A stretch of 64,000 nt of DNA from Chrysomallon squamiferum (Eukaryota > Animalia > Mollusca): NCBI GenBank assembly GCA_012295275.1, contig CM022670.1:3720001-3784000 (forward strand). Reading direction: 5' to 3'. Positions 1-14,876 of the stretch are shown in pieces. Under the pieces are notes generated by a model. The model had not been told where the DNA came from. It ran no database searches and saw only the letters and a list, made by a program, of their open reading frames with translations. Both the position numbers and the translations under genes were made by a program. Position 1 is the first letter of the stretch, and the number at the start of each line of letters is the position of its first letter.

Positions 1-237
1 ATACTGATTGATCATTGTCTTAAATATATATGTATTTAGGAGTATAAATGAATTGTTGTTGTTTTTTTCTAACATAAATTCTTTTTGATAGTTTTCGTGC
101 AGTGTTTGCTCAGAAAAATATTCGATGGTATAAGAAGATTGCCAAGCCTCGTTTGTAAATCGGGGCCTCCCGTACGGAAATTGGATGCACGAAATTATCA
201 TCCATTCAGATTAACAGTTTAATGATGATGACGAATA

Positions 238-286
238 ATACTAATACTACTACTGCTGCTACTACTACTACTACTACTACTACTAC

Positions 287-334
<48 letters not shown>

Positions 335-420
335 CAACAACATCAACAATAACAGTAATAACAATAATAACAATATTAATAATAATAATAATACAACAGC
401 AACAACAACAATAATAATAA
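238..420. repeat. Compound (ACT)n/(AAT)n/(AAC)n microsatellite
   Basis: Directly visible; explains three spurious ORFs. Confidence 0.95.
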
Positions 421-889
421 TATACAAAAGAGTTTTTAAATAAATAAAACAAAAAACAAATAAATTATTAAATTATTAAATAAATAAATGCAAAGCGTTG
501 TCTTTTGAAACAGAAACCTGACATATTAAAGTAGATTATAATCTGCACATTATCGATAATAAAATGATTAGTTTTTCATCCTTCAAGGACTGTGTCTACA
601 GTATCGACCCAGAAAGCAAATTCTAGTTCGGGACGTGACAATTAGCAACAATATGACATTTCTTTATCGGCCGGACCAAATCAAATTGATCTATATAAAA
701 CTGACTGGAAATTGTAAAAATATAAAGAAACATTACTGACGCAAAGTACGTCAACTACAAATAAACTAGTCTGTAATATGTGGACACAGCCAATCATTAA
801 TTTTCAGCAGCACTTAACCCGTTTTATATTAACGGTTATATGTCTTTTGTATTGGCAGCATGAAAGAAGAAACCAAAAATATTCAATAT

Positions 890-1085
890 GAGATCTTAAC
901 AACCAAAGCATCTTTTATTGGCAGTTTTCCGTAGTCAAAAATGTGTATTTAACTAAAAAGAAAATAATAGTGGGCACCTAGTTGGATCGGGAAATAACCC
1001 CCAGACTACCTTTAACAGAAAAAAGAACTGAACTTGCAACTTTTCGGTCTTAGCCGTGATCTCATTTTAAGTCATAGCTTGCTCC
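890..1085 (-). mobile_element. Highly decayed SINE remnant, possibly the same family
   Basis: ATCTTTTATTGGCAGTTTTCC and GTGGGCACCTAGTTGGATCGGGAAATAACCC occur in the same order as the corresponding segments of the 44705-44890 copy. Weak, by-eye match. Confidence 0.3.
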
Positions 1086-1535
1086 TTTAATGCAGAAAGC
1101 TCATCATTCAAATATGTGAAATTGTCAGATGAAACGAAATTTATCTAGACGAGGTGAAATCGGAAAAAAAAATCGGATATAGGCAGACTTTGTACATGGT
1201 TAATTTCATTCCTGGAAAATTAAATGAATTTGGCTTCGCCGATTACGAAATGGATTTTCCAAAACAATTTTTTGTATTCACAGAAACTCCTGGCCTTTGT
1301 TTGTAAAAGTCTAGCGCTATGACTGTTTACAGTTTGCACGGTCTCAAATTTTATGTTTTCTGTCTAGACTTCGATGTTTAATAAACAGAAGTCGATAGCT
1401 TTAAAACAGCACTTGGTCTCGGAAATTTACAGCTGATAAATCAGCGGTTGTTTTGTTTTATTTTTATTTAACTGTTTTCCTCCAATTACATGTATGATCA
1501 TAAAAATCTTGTTCCTGTTTCCTAGATTTTATATT

Positions 1536-1537
<2 letters not shown>

Positions 1538-1631
<94 letters not shown>

Positions 1632-1745
1632 CTCCTTCCTTAACTCATTTAAAAATAAAAAAGTAGATCTTAACCGTCATACATTTAATTTAGTATTTAC
1701 TAACTGAATCTGGATATATGTGTATGTTTGTGTGTGTGTGCGTGC

Positions 1746-1839
<94 letters not shown>
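1538..1839. repeat. Inverted microsatellite pair: (CT)~45 at 1538-1627 and (AG)~45 at 1749-1839
   Basis: Directly visible; the two tracts are reverse complements separated by about 120 nt. Confidence 0.95.
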
Positions 1840-1842
<3 letters not shown>

Positions 1843-2063
1843 TATGTTTTTTTCTCAGAAACTCGATCCTCTCAGACGACAGCTAATCAACCAGAAGCTA
1901 AAGTCAGAGTGGAACTTTTTTTATGAACTGTTACATACTGAGATTTCCGTGCTGAAAATATAACTGAATGCTTTTTTACTTTTTATTATTATTATTTTTT
2001 TTTTTTCTAAACAGGCAAGATTCTAAAATCGATTCCCAAATTAGGTTGTCATAGAATACGTAC

Positions 2064-2201
2064 CAAAATTAAATTCCAGTTGGGGACTATCTCTGCAATG
2101 GTTTTAGTAACTTCCACGCATGCGCTGCCCATGACCATCAGCATTCGTGGCTTCCGGTAGATGAGGTCGTAGAATGCATTGGTACCAGTTCCAGGATCAC
2201 A
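2064..2201 (-). CDS. GABA-B receptor (R3-like) coding exon 2, 138 nt / 46 aa
   Basis: Too short for the ORF track; read by hand. The reverse complement is tatttgcag|TGT GAT CCT GGA...ATT TTG|gtacgt, translating to CDPGTGTNAFYDLIYRKPRMLMVMGSACVEVTKTIAEIVPNWNLIL. It continues NDTK|CDPG exactly as in GABA-B receptors (GSAC.EVT...A..VP.WN). Both ends are phase 0. The next expected exon (VS[YF]GS.SPALS...) was not found in 1-2063. Confidence 0.95.
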
Positions 2202-2206
2202 CTGCA

Positions 2207-2257
<51 letters not shown>

Positions 2258-2430
2258 TAAGAAGAAGAAGAAGAAGCAGAAGAAGAAGAAGAATATGAAC
2301 GGCAGTAAAGCCTATAATGTGTACAATAAAACCATTTCTGATATCTTATATCCAGCGTAATTTCTAGTATTTATGACGTAGTATTTCTGTTTTTATTTGA
2401 CTTCACGAGAGTAATTTCTAGCTGCTTTCA

Positions 2431-2483
<53 letters not shown>

Positions 2484-3895
2484 GTGGAGTCAGAGAAATT
2501 GGTAAAACGTTATTGCCTTAAATAAATGTATAATTTATTGAAAGACGTGAGCATTAGAAGAAATTAAAAAGTGGAAAAAAAAGAAGAAAAAAATTAATTA
2601 ATGAAAGAAAGCAAAGAAATTAAGAAAAAAAAAAGAGAGAGAGAAAATGAAAGATGAAGAAAAAACGATAGGGAAATAAGGTGGAAAAAAAAAGAAGAAA
2701 AAAATTAAAAAAAAAAAAAAAGTAAAAAAGAATAATGGGAAAAAGGAGAAAGACAAAAGGAATGAAAGAGACTCAGAAGTAAAAGAAAGAAAGGAAAGAA
2801 TAAATTTAAAAAAATAATAATAAACAAAACAGAAGAAAACAAATTGAAAAAAAATGCACGAATAAAGGTGTTTAACAAAAATTTCTTTAAAAAAAAAAAA
2901 TATATATATAACAATAATCGGCGAGTAGCTTAGCAGCAAGAACTCGTGTAAACGAAAGCGATATTTATCACGTCCGTCACTGTCCGTCAGCGAATCCCAA
3001 TCATTGACAAATAAATCTTTTTTAAATTCCTCCTCCGGGTCTAGGTGAACCCGAGAACAATCCCGCGATCCTCCTAATGAAAAACTCCTAAGTCTTATCA
3101 CGCACGTGAAGCCTGGTCGACTGCTTCAGTTTCCATTGTCCAACATTTCCTAATCAATCTAGTCGCGTTAACTCATTCATGGAAATGTCTTTTGCGTGGT
3201 CGATGCAAAAAGTGGCCAATTAGAAAGACATTTCTCATCGCGAAGGTCGAGTTTGTGTTCCAGCAATCGTCAGAAATCTGTGATAAATCATAAACTGGTA
3301 GCGTTCTAATGTTTCTGATTGCGTTGGAAAACATACAGAGTTAAAAAAAAATAAAAAAATAAAGATAAAAATAATATTTTTGCAGACTTACAGACAGACA
3401 GAGACACACACACACACATACAGACACAGAGATATAAATAGATAAAAATATAGACAGATATATCGATGTTTAGATAAATAGATAAGTGGATACAGATAGA
3501 TAGATAGACAGACAGAGATAGAAATATAGATAGACATATATATATAATTATATATGTGTGTGTATGCGTGTATGCGAAACTTCTTTCATGTCTGTTTTGT
3601 GTATCTGTTATAATTTCACTCTCATATGATATTTGAAAGAAATCTTACTTTTTTATTTTGCTAAAACATAGACAGTATTTTATTTTTATTTATTTATTTA
3701 TTTATATATTTTTATTTATTGCAGAAGAGAATGTTTACATCAATGCTATATATTAGATTAGTTATATCAGACCGGGACAGTAAGAAAATTTCTAATTAAA
3801 TAAAGATTTAAATAGATGACACACGTCTCCCATGGTATTGCTTTAACAAATAACTGAAAAAAAAAAAAAAAAGCAACAACTAAAAAATAATAATA

Positions 3896-3959
<64 letters not shown>

Positions 3960-6492
3960 AAAAAATGGGTAAAAAAAGAAGGCAAATAATGTTTTAAAAA
4001 TAAAGGAAGATGAAATCAGACAATGGAGGGGAAAAACGACCCAAGACTGATCTGTTTTGCTAATCACTTGGTTTAATTTCAACACCATATCTGTCACTGT
4101 CGTTCGTAGAAGCGAGAGACGTGGAGAAAGTGTGGAGTCGCGTAATTCAGAAACCAAAGTGAAAGAAAGACATGACAGACGAGGAAAGAGGTGAGCAGAA
4201 TCTCATTGTTTCGTTCTTCTTTTCTTTTCAGTACAAAATATAAAAAATAAAAAATAAAAAATAAAAAAAAAAATAAAAAATAAGGGGTTTAAAGATTAAA
4301 ACAGACTGGTATATGTGTGTTGTTTGTAAGCACCTTCACACTGAACTCAGTTTGACTAACGCACAGTCACAATCGTACATTTCAAAAAAGAAAATAATAA
4401 TAAATAAAAAAAAATAAATAAATAAATAATAATAAGAAGAAGAAGAATTTTTTAAAAAAATGTATTAAAGTATTCCACAAGAGTCACATCAAGAAACCAA
4501 TCTTGCGTTTAATAAACATTTTCAATGGACCGCATATCCGTCAGCGGAAGTTGAAACGCCGTAATAAATAAGTACCCATTACCGACACGTTACACGCTTT
4601 TTCACTTTATCAAACACGAGTGGGGCAATTTCGTCGATGAACTTTTTTTTTTCTTTTTTTTTTCCCCCGTTTTTTTTTTGGTTTTCTTTCTCCCCAACTC
4701 TTGTAAACGACGTTTACAAATGAGCTTTCATGTCTGTCACTTTTGCCAGTTGAACGTCAAGTTGTTAGTGCTTAACATCTGATAGCTATCGTTACGATAA
4801 CCGTGAAAAGAGTTCGCGGCAAAGAACACGGGCAAGCAGAAGCGACCAATCATTTAATCTGATGTGACAGCCATGGCGTTAATGCAATCGTAGCGCAACA
4901 AAACGTTATCGACCGGCGTGCCAGTCAATGCCGAGTGTATATCACAGGGCCGTTTTCACGTTAACTTGCAAAATCATTTTTTTGACTCTAATCCATATGG
5001 TCGAACAACATAAGCGTGCCGCTTTGGACTAATTTGCAAAGATGTATAGACGAAAGATTTAAACAGCGAAGCATAAAACAGTCTGGCTTATTGCTGTTAT
5101 GCAGCCGATTTCACATCGAAGGAGGTTTAGTGTAACCCGCATCGTTAAACAGCAAACGCGTGTTATTTGACAAGATGACAGGGATTAACAGATCGAGAGA
5201 TTATATGAACTATTAAAGAATGAAATAGACTTAATTAATACTGAATGTGTCATTCAGTGATCTTAGCAGTTAAATTGAAAGAATTTAGATTCTAATTCAT
5301 ATTTTAAAACAACATACATGTATTATTTTTGTTAAGTGTCCAAAAAATAATCAAAAATAATAATAATAATAGATAAAAATACTTAAAACTTTAAAGAACG
5401 GAATGGACAGGTTTAATGTTAGAATAAATACATGCTATTCGACATTAACTGGAAAATATTAATCCGACTTCTCTGAAATCCTGAAACTGCAGAAAACGCG
5501 CTAATTGTGACACTGGCTACTTTTGAATTAGGCGCGCTTAGAATATAAAATCATGAAATACTCTTATTTTTCGTCAATTCTTTCTCCTTGTACTTTATTT
5601 TTCTTCTTCGTCAGTTGTTTCTGTTTCTTATTCTTATACTTTTTTTCTTCTTTTATTCTTCCTCGTCTTCTTCTTCTTCTTCTTCTATTTCTTCGTCCTT
5701 TTCTTCTTTTCTTCTTCGTGTTCTTCTGCTTCGTCTCCATCATCTTCATCCATTTCTTTACTTCATTTTTTTTTTCATTTTTCTTAAAATGCATCACAAT
5801 AAAGATGGGCATTACTGGCTTCGGCTTGACTTTGCATCAAAAAGTTTTGAAACATAAAAATCGATAATCCATCACGGGATTAATTTTGATTTCAAAACAT
5901 GCGAATAAAGAGAAACCTTTGAAACTGGATAACTTTATTTTTTTTATTTTTTTAATAAAGAAAAAAAGAAGGAAAAACAACGATAAAGAATAAAATAAAT
6001 ATGCATTGGATATGAAACAAAAAATGCAAGATACAAGTTGTAGAAAGAAAAAGAAGAGAAAATACAGTCTGCATAGAACGAAATAAAATCGAAATTCAAA
6101 AACATTTGCATGGTAATTCTCAGAAGAATATTCCCGAATGTCTGAATCTAAAATCTCAGGAGAGCAGAAAAACGCTCAAAGTGAGCTTTTATTTTTTTAT
6201 TATTTTCTGAAAGATGGTTATTTAGATAACGAAAGATAAAACAACAGTGCAGAAAGCAGAGATTTTAATCTTAAAAGCGTTTTTCAAATAAAAGATTTCG
6301 AAAGGAGCCTTAACATCCTGTAAAGACAGCAACTAAAATGTCTGTGATAAGCTTTTACATCATTTATAGAATGCTGAGTAAATGGTTACCAACAACCGTG
6401 GTATATTCTTTCCTGTTTAAGGGAATGTACATATTCATGCACATAGCTCATTAATCTACTGGACCTATTTTTTGCCTTCACACACACACACG

Positions 6493-6544
<52 letters not shown>

Positions 6545-6705
6545 TACACAGTCACTAAAACACGTAAACACGTACATACAAATTATATTAGTATTTTGAA
6601 AGGATGATAATAGATTTTTACGTACACGTTATTATATTTTGTTAATAAAAATGTAAAATGAATTAATTTTACTCTATGGCTTTATATTTTAATATATTAT
6701 TATTA

Positions 6706-6745
<40 letters not shown>

Positions 6746-9044
6746 CATCATCATTATCATCATCATCATCATTTTTAAAATTTTATACTTTATTATTTTT
6801 TATTATTTTATAGCATATTACTTTCAGTTTTTAAAGTCTAATACAAAACTACATAGTTTATTCCAATTTCTTTAGTAATAAAACCTCTTTAAAAATCTAA
6901 CATATAAACTGAAAGAAAAAAACACTCGATCACCGACCAAAGATAAAAATACTGCGCAAAATATTTCTATGAATATATATATATATAGATAGATATGTAT
7001 ATAAATAAATCAGAGCTTATACACGTACAATGGTTATAATTAATATGATGATGAATATAGAACTAACAAACCAATACCCGTCTTGGAAGAGAGATAGAAT
7101 GTCAGTTCTCTTTGTTTTCTAGCTAATATGTACATTTTTAATCAAAACGAAACTGTATCCAGCATCATTCTTAAAAGACCGAATTAATTAAATATTCAGA
7201 GGATTGACCTTTTAAATAATTGATAATTTTATAAACCATTGTTCTGAATGTTTCAAAAGATGAAAGAAACAGCCGACAACAGACTGAAATAAAACTGAAC
7301 GTGTTCAAGTAATAATGTGACTTTAGTAATTCAGTTAACGGTAAACTGAACCAAGCAGAAAAATACTGTATAGATTTTTGTTTATCTTGTTTCTTTTCTT
7401 CTTTGAAATCCTTTTTTTTTTTTTTTTTCAGAATCGCTATATTGTTATTCTCATTTTTATGCTATTGCCCTCAAAATAATTTGTAAGAAAATTATAAGTG
7501 TATGCTTTTGTAAAACTGCATATTAATGTAAATGTTTACTGAATTTTCTCAGATAGGAATATTCGATTTTTTATATTTATTTTTATTTTTATTTTTATAG
7601 ACGTCTACTTATTCATAAATCATCACTGCAGCTTTAATTCTAAGAATGTATTTTTCTCTTTTTGTTTTCCTTTGCTTTACACAGTTGGTATATAAACAAG
7701 ATTCTTTAAAAATAAAAAGTATTTTAGGTATCTTGGTTTAGAATGCTGGTTTAATAAAAGTCACGGAATTTATTTTCCTATCCATAACAAAGAGTCAAGA
7801 TCGACAGCGTCTGGGTGAAAAACAGCATCCAGTTGCATAATGCTGTCTGGGTTATCTTTATGTGTATGATGTAACTGTGGAGTACAAAAATCATTTGATA
7901 AAATGTTGACTTAGTTGTTAAACGAGGGAAATGTGCCGTGTTTTGTTTATCTCGTTTTAGATAATATAATATCATACATTAAAAATTTGAAGCTCAGCAA
8001 CGTTAATATTACCATATCATACTCTGCGATAATAAAGTTAAAAAAAAAAAAAAAAAAAATTTCTATGCCTTTATAATTTCAAGAGCTTGTGTATGTCGGT
8101 AACCTCGGTGTTATAACAGCGGTCTTTTTGGCTTCTGGAATGTTTATCAAACTATGTTCGTGTTAGATAAAAAAAAAAAAAATAAACTCAGTTAAAACAA
8201 TAAACAATTACCATATTTTTAATTTAAGATTATTTCGAGCCATCAGTATGTTAAATAACTTAGTACAGATACTGAAACGAAACTTGCTTCCGAAACATGA
8301 TTTTTCCCAGTTATTTAATGAATTTTTTTTGGGGGGGTGGGGGGATAGACGGGAACTGGGGGTCAAGGTTAAGAATCTTCTTAACAGTACACTGACCCCT
8401 TGACTAATACGAATCACTGTCGAAGATGTAAGAGCAGGAACAAAGCGTTTCCTGAACTCTCTTTTCTCTTCGTGATTCAGAAATCAGCAATACTATTCTA
8501 AATTATATTTCTCTTTCTGTGCGCCATCAGCGCTCGAGTAGGTTCTCTCACTAAACCGTGGTCATCCTCGAAACCAACAGAACAAACCAACTAATTCATA
8601 AATCCAGCGGTCCACAAAAGGTCGAGTGTTAACCTTTTCGGTAACTCCGTGGTCGGAGATCTCGGAAAATAAACGTCAGACACAATCACAGGGAGAAACT
8701 TTCAATTGAGTTTTATAGATTTTGCCACAGTGCTTAATCTAATCCGCAAAGCTTTGCAGTTCAGTTGTAACCTTTGATGATGAATTAAGAGAAATCTCTG
8801 ATCTAACGACCACTGGCGTTTGTCTGGACAGTCTTACTTGTCTTTATCTTCACTGTGTGGCTCTCCCTGTGATTGCACTCGCCTTTGGACAATACAGAAC
8901 CGAGTATTTTTTGATGGGCGATAGACTCTCGGTTCAATTCTCGTGAGAGGAAAATGTGAATTAAAAAAAATACAAACAAATTCTTTTTCTTCTTCTTTTT
9001 TTTTTATTTAGCTTTTTTTAATTTTCTTTTATTAATTCTTGTTT

Positions 9045-9076
<32 letters not shown>

Positions 9077-10612
9077 ACGGTAAAATATTGTAATTTCACT
9101 ACACAATCTTTTCAATATAAGTTACGCTATCTAGGTAATAATGTTTTTTTAATGATACGTATTTCCGTGAGTGGAAATTAATTGCGCACTGGTTTGTTAT
9201 ATCTGTCCTCTCTTTATTGCCTAATAGATTATATCTACTATGCATCTGATACGAAAAAGACGTTTAAAAGCCATTAATCGCAAAGCCTGAATGTCAAAGA
9301 CCTAAAGATGAATCTCTGAAATGAATTTGTTCTTGCGACATAAAATGTTGTTTAATTTGTATGTCGGTGTCTTTCAAAGGCGATGTGTACAGATTCACAG
9401 AAAATGTTTTAAAATAAAATTAAATACTGTATGTGTAACAAATGTTTTGAAATAAAAATTATTATTATCATCATCATCATCATCATCATCATTATTATGA
9501 TTATTATTATTATTATTAACAGCTGTAGTCTTTGTCTCGTTCTAACATACATGTACCCAAATCACAGGAAGTACGAAAAGGTATCTTAGACTATTTCTAA
9601 GAATGGGGAAGTAACTGTATTTGTCAAACTAGAAATACATCACTAAGATTCTACTTTAAAAAATGCCCCCAGAAGTGATCTCAATTAGAAAAAGTGCAAA
9701 TATGTCAGTAAAAAAAATTTCAAGAGTCGACTTTTCCAGGAAGGCGAAGGTGGATGAAGGAAATAACAGTTACAGTAGAACCAGAAATAGCATCATTAAC
9801 AATAACCTTCAAAATAAAAAAAAAATAAATAAAAAATAAATATAAACTAAGCAGGAAAGAAAAATGATCCAAAGTATAGAATTTTCACTAAAAAGGAATT
9901 ATTTCCCAACGTGCAAAGGTTTGAAGTAAAAGTCGTTGTAAATTCCAAAATAGAAACCATTAAGAATGATCCGCAGCCTAATTGTGATGAATTATTGAAT
10001 ATCGTTAAACTAGTTGTACTTTTGTCACTCAACATTTCTCTGTATTAGTCAATTTTTTTTTTTTTTTTTTTTATTCTTCTATATATATATATATATGAGA
10101 AAGGAAAGATAAAGGTTTACCTCCATGGTTGTTATTAAAATAGTTTCAAGTGTGAGAAGGTTAAAGTCTGTTGTTCTAGAAAAAGGACGCTGGCTGACGT
10201 GCAGTTTTCCACACACAGAACAGCACACTGAACTGAAACGTTTATTTAGTCTGCAGAAACAATCTTGCACATTACACCTGTCAGGTTTCTCTTTTGTTTT
10301 TACATCTAAGTATCAGGTTCTTTTCAGTACTGTCCTGATTAGGCCAGTGGTCAGTATTAAAAGTACAAATATTTATAATAAAATATTATATTGTATTGTT
10401 TTTCGAAGTTTGCTTGAGAAAGTATGCTTTTTGTTTTCTGTTGTTTTTCTTTTCTTCTTTCTCTTTCCAGCATGTTTTTGCCTGCCCAAAACTTCTTCTC
10501 GTACTTTTCTCTTTGTCTCTTCCTTTACTGTTTTGTTTTTCCGTTTATTTACAACCGATTTTCCATTTAATTATCTGAGGCTACTTCCCTACTTTGTTCT
10601 TGCCTTGTCGTT

Positions 10613-10615
<3 letters not shown>

Positions 10616-10707
<92 letters not shown>
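10616..10707. repeat. (CT)n microsatellite
   Basis: Directly visible. Confidence 0.95.
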
Positions 10708-10711
<4 letters not shown>

Positions 10712-12348
10712 TAACACATCCATTGATTAATTTTATTTGTTTGCCTACCTCTATTCTTCTCCTATGTCTTACCGTCGCCTTATTTCTCAAATCTTCTAAC
10801 CTTACATATACGTCGTCTATCAATCTCTGTTTTGCCTCTACTGTATTTCTGGCACATATAAACCAAAAACTGTAATTACAAGGGTACTGGCCGCTGCGGT
10901 TTCAGTTTTGCAGATCGCATAACTGACGATTAATTACAGTTCTCAGGTTCACGACATAATCACTGTCTGGTGCTCTCTGGGAACCGGAGGAAAAAGCCCA
11001 GTACAGACCTAGATTCTTCAGAAATGTTTCCTTCGGAATTCTGTCACATCTAAAGAAAGCAAGGAAGAGTATGATTTTTCCTGATGCTCTGTTTTAGACC
11101 TTATTTGAAATGTCCAAACACGTTTTAATATTAACGTTTGAAACAAGGGTTTTGTAAAAGTATAATAACAAAAATAAAGCTTACTTCCATTAATCGATGG
11201 TTAACCTTTCTAGGTCAGCAGCAAAATATTTTTTTAACAAGTATCTTCCCTCATTTAGTGATTATCACTACTTGAATAATGTGATCATTTATTCACGTTT
11301 TATAAATTATAATACTTAGCTGAATGCATTATTGGAGAGAAATACAAGCAGAGGAGGTGAGAGACATACATACACACACAAAGAGAAATGGAGAAGCGCA
11401 TTTAATATTTAATCAAGAAACCATTAAAAATGATTAATTTATATTCTTATTTTCAGTATGTCATCATACTGCTCAGTTTATTATTTCCATAAAACTTTGC
11501 TTTCAATATTTTCAACAATATATATATTTTTTTATCAAGCCGTACAAAATCTTAATAATAACTATTATCCGTTTCTCTTAGTTTTATAAATGTATCCGAT
11601 TTTTACAGAAATGTTTTTATTATTCAAAAATGCAGACGTAGAAAACAGAAGAAATCAGTTTATCTCAAAAGCCAGTGCGACTTTAACTCCGATCTGGATT
11701 TCGGTCTTGCTTTTCCAGATGTTAATGAGTCGCGATGTCTTTGGTCTGCTAGGAAGTGTAATGGTGAATGATGGTGTCCAACATTATCGGTGATCGGCGG
11801 TGGCGTATCAACTTCCTGCTCGGCAGTTTAAGACAAGCCGTGAACAGTTTGACGGATAACAGGGTGTCTCTTGGGAAACCGCAGCCAAATAACCGGCAAC
11901 GGCTTCTAGGTGATATACGAGCAATAAATCTCTTTGCCTCTAACGGTTCGAAATGAATCAAGAACAAACAAAATGAAGAAGCGAAACAATAAAGTCTTTA
12001 TTTTCATTTGCACTTGTTAAATGACTTGTTGCTAATGTTCAGTGCACGAGTCTCTGTACGGGAACAAACAGTAACTCGAGGCTAAAGACAAAGCAGGCGA
12101 CATTACGAGTGTTGATCTAGGATTTGTGCTGGTGTCTGGATCGACATAACCCGATAAAGCATTAAGCTGCAAAGTGTGCACTACAAATGAAATGTCACCA
12201 CACTCTTTGCTATTGTTTCTAAACTTTTTGTGTTTGACGAGCTGATTTAGGAATGTAAAAAGTTTCCGTTAGACGAATCGAAAATGTTTCTGAAGTATAG
12301 GATGGCTGTGAGACATATTCAAATGGCGTTATGCTATTAAAAATTTAA

Positions 12349-12425
<77 letters not shown>

Positions 12426-12686
12426 AAGTTATTTCACAAAATAAAATAAAATAAATAGCACGAACGTTTGTCAATATTTACTTCAAGAATTAGCAGGCAC
12501 TTAGATTTTAACAATAATCTTAGATTAATTGTTGTCTTAAAATTGCAGTCATTTCCCGTGTTTACAATCATGCAGTTTTATTATGTATACATGACTACAA
12601 AGTATGAAATGCAGAAAGGTTTTTAACATTATTGTGCTGAATCCAAAACAGTTTAATTATCAAATTATAAAATCAACAACCCCCCC

Positions 12687-12718
<32 letters not shown>

Positions 12719-12909
12719 AACAACAAGCAAACACATATAAACGAACAACAACAAAGAATCACAAAAGGTCATAGGCTGATAGGACAGTGTATTTACAATG
12801 GTACACATTCGAAATTAGCATCTGGCATCATGGTTCTACCATACAGTGATGACACATTTGACCAAAAGCTCTCCAACATTCAGCACCACGACTGGTTACT
12901 ATTGAATTC

Positions 12910-13076
12910 ATGGGAATTTATTTCTACTGAATAAAATATTGGATGGGAATTCATTTCTACTGAATAAAATACTGGATGGGAATTCATTTCTACTGAATAA
13001 AACATTGGATGGGTATTCATTTCTAATGAATAAAATATTGGAATGGAATTCATTTCTACTGAATAAAATATAGGAT
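12910..13076. repeat. 33-bp minisatellite, 5 copies
   Basis: ATGGGAATTCATTTCTACTGAATAAAATATTGG-like unit starting at 12910, 12943, 12976, 13009 and 13042. Confidence 0.93.
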
Positions 13077-14835
13077 AACTTTGCCTCTTCGACTAGAACG
13101 ATGGTGGCTTCAGCAGTAGAATGTGTCATTTGCTGCAAATTGAAAAGAAATATACGACCAGGACCTCTTGACCATCGCCATGACTCTGTTTCTTTATCGT
13201 ATTTTCCTTCTAAATCTGTGTCACCGATGATTTGTAATCTAAGGACAGTCGCCCTGCGTATACTTGTTTGTCGAATTTTGTACATTCTGAGATTGTGTCC
13301 CCGATAATCTGTTACTTTTCAACCATGGTAACTTCCTCTTTTTGAAATTATTTTGCCGATGATTTGTTTCTTCCTTATATCGCCATGAATTTATTTCGTT
13401 ATGGTAATTTCCTCCGTCTATAATCGCATCACTGCTGATTTGTTACTTATCGATTATCGCCTTTCTTATATCTATCTTCATCCTATTTTCCACCTGTTCA
13501 GCCCGTATCACTCGTTATTTGTTACCTTGTTTGAGCTCGTGGGTGTGATAATACATCACCAGTGCGGCAAACACATCGGCGAAAACACGACACAAGGCTT
13601 AATGCTATAAACGAAGTTTTGATACGGTTAAATCGATCATTTGACAATGTGATAAGCACCTATTATTCAGACGAACAAAGATTTCCGCGTGATAGACACA
13701 TCAAACACAGAAAGGAATTAAAGACAAGATAAGACAGAAAAAAAACCCTATATATCAAGAGAGTTTAATATGGTGCGTGAGTAAAAGTGATCAGGCCATT
13801 TCTGTACTCGTGACTGGTTATTGGAAAAGCTTCATCATTCCGAAGGAATCACATCCATGTACATTCATATCAATTTCTGGTGTCATAAAAAAAAACCACA
13901 CACACAAAAACTAATAATAATAATAACTTGCACGCAGTCAGACAGTCACAATCACACATTGAAGCACAAATATTTTTCTTATTGAAACAGATTCATGGAA
14001 AAAATCAATAACTGCAGAACTATTGAATTTAGAAGATACAGACCGTGCATGTCTGCACATGTATCTGTATAAACGTTTATACGCGTGTGAGTTTGTGTAT
14101 GTATATATATGTAAGTGCATGTATGTGTATATGTATGTGTGTATGTATGTATGTATATATGTATGTACGTACATACGTATGTATATGTATATGTATGTGT
14201 GTATGTATGTATGTATCTCTTTGCCTCTCTGTCTCATTCTCTCTCTGCACGTCTATGCTTTCGTCCATCCATCCACAGCATGTGACATTGAGGCTGACAA
14301 GCTTCAACTCTTTAAGTGTAAACCAAACTGAGCTAATTTTGTGGCTCACTGACTTCAACAGTGTTGCTCCTCCTTTCTGATTATCGGGAGACAGAGAGAC
14401 TCACACACACACACACAGACAGACACTGTACAGAAGCGCGTAGATTAATAACAAAAAGAAAAAGTGTGTTAATGTGCTCCGATTTCCGTCCCAGAGGAGG
14501 CCATGTCACAACGTCATTTTCTACAAGACGGAGTAGATTATTTTCTCATAACCTGCTGCTTGCGATCATCAGATGTAACTCATAAAACGTCTTAAAGTCA
14601 TTTATGTGCTAGGTCACTCGTGCTTGATAGGTTTGTGTTTATATTTTTGCATTCAAAAGAAGGCCAGTGTTACCTCTGTTTTTTGTATTTAGGATTGTGG
14701 ATAATTTTTACAGGGCATTATAGAATTTTAGAATTATATTTTAGAATTATAGGGCATTAGTAGTAGTAGTAACAAAAGAAATAGTAACAGCAGTAGTAGT
14801 AAATCGTAATAATAGTAGAAGTAGCAGTAGTGAAT

Positions 14836-14876
<41 letters not shown>

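Noticed and set aside
121-210. GC-rich patch as possible GABA-B exon 3
   Set aside because: The minus-strand frames I read do not give the expected VS[YF]GS.SPALS motif; exon 3 is presumably outside the window.
12908-13285. 125-aa minus-strand ORF with 11-aa repeats
   Set aside because: The repeats derive from a 33-bp minisatellite. The remainder has no recognisable domain or convincing splice sites.
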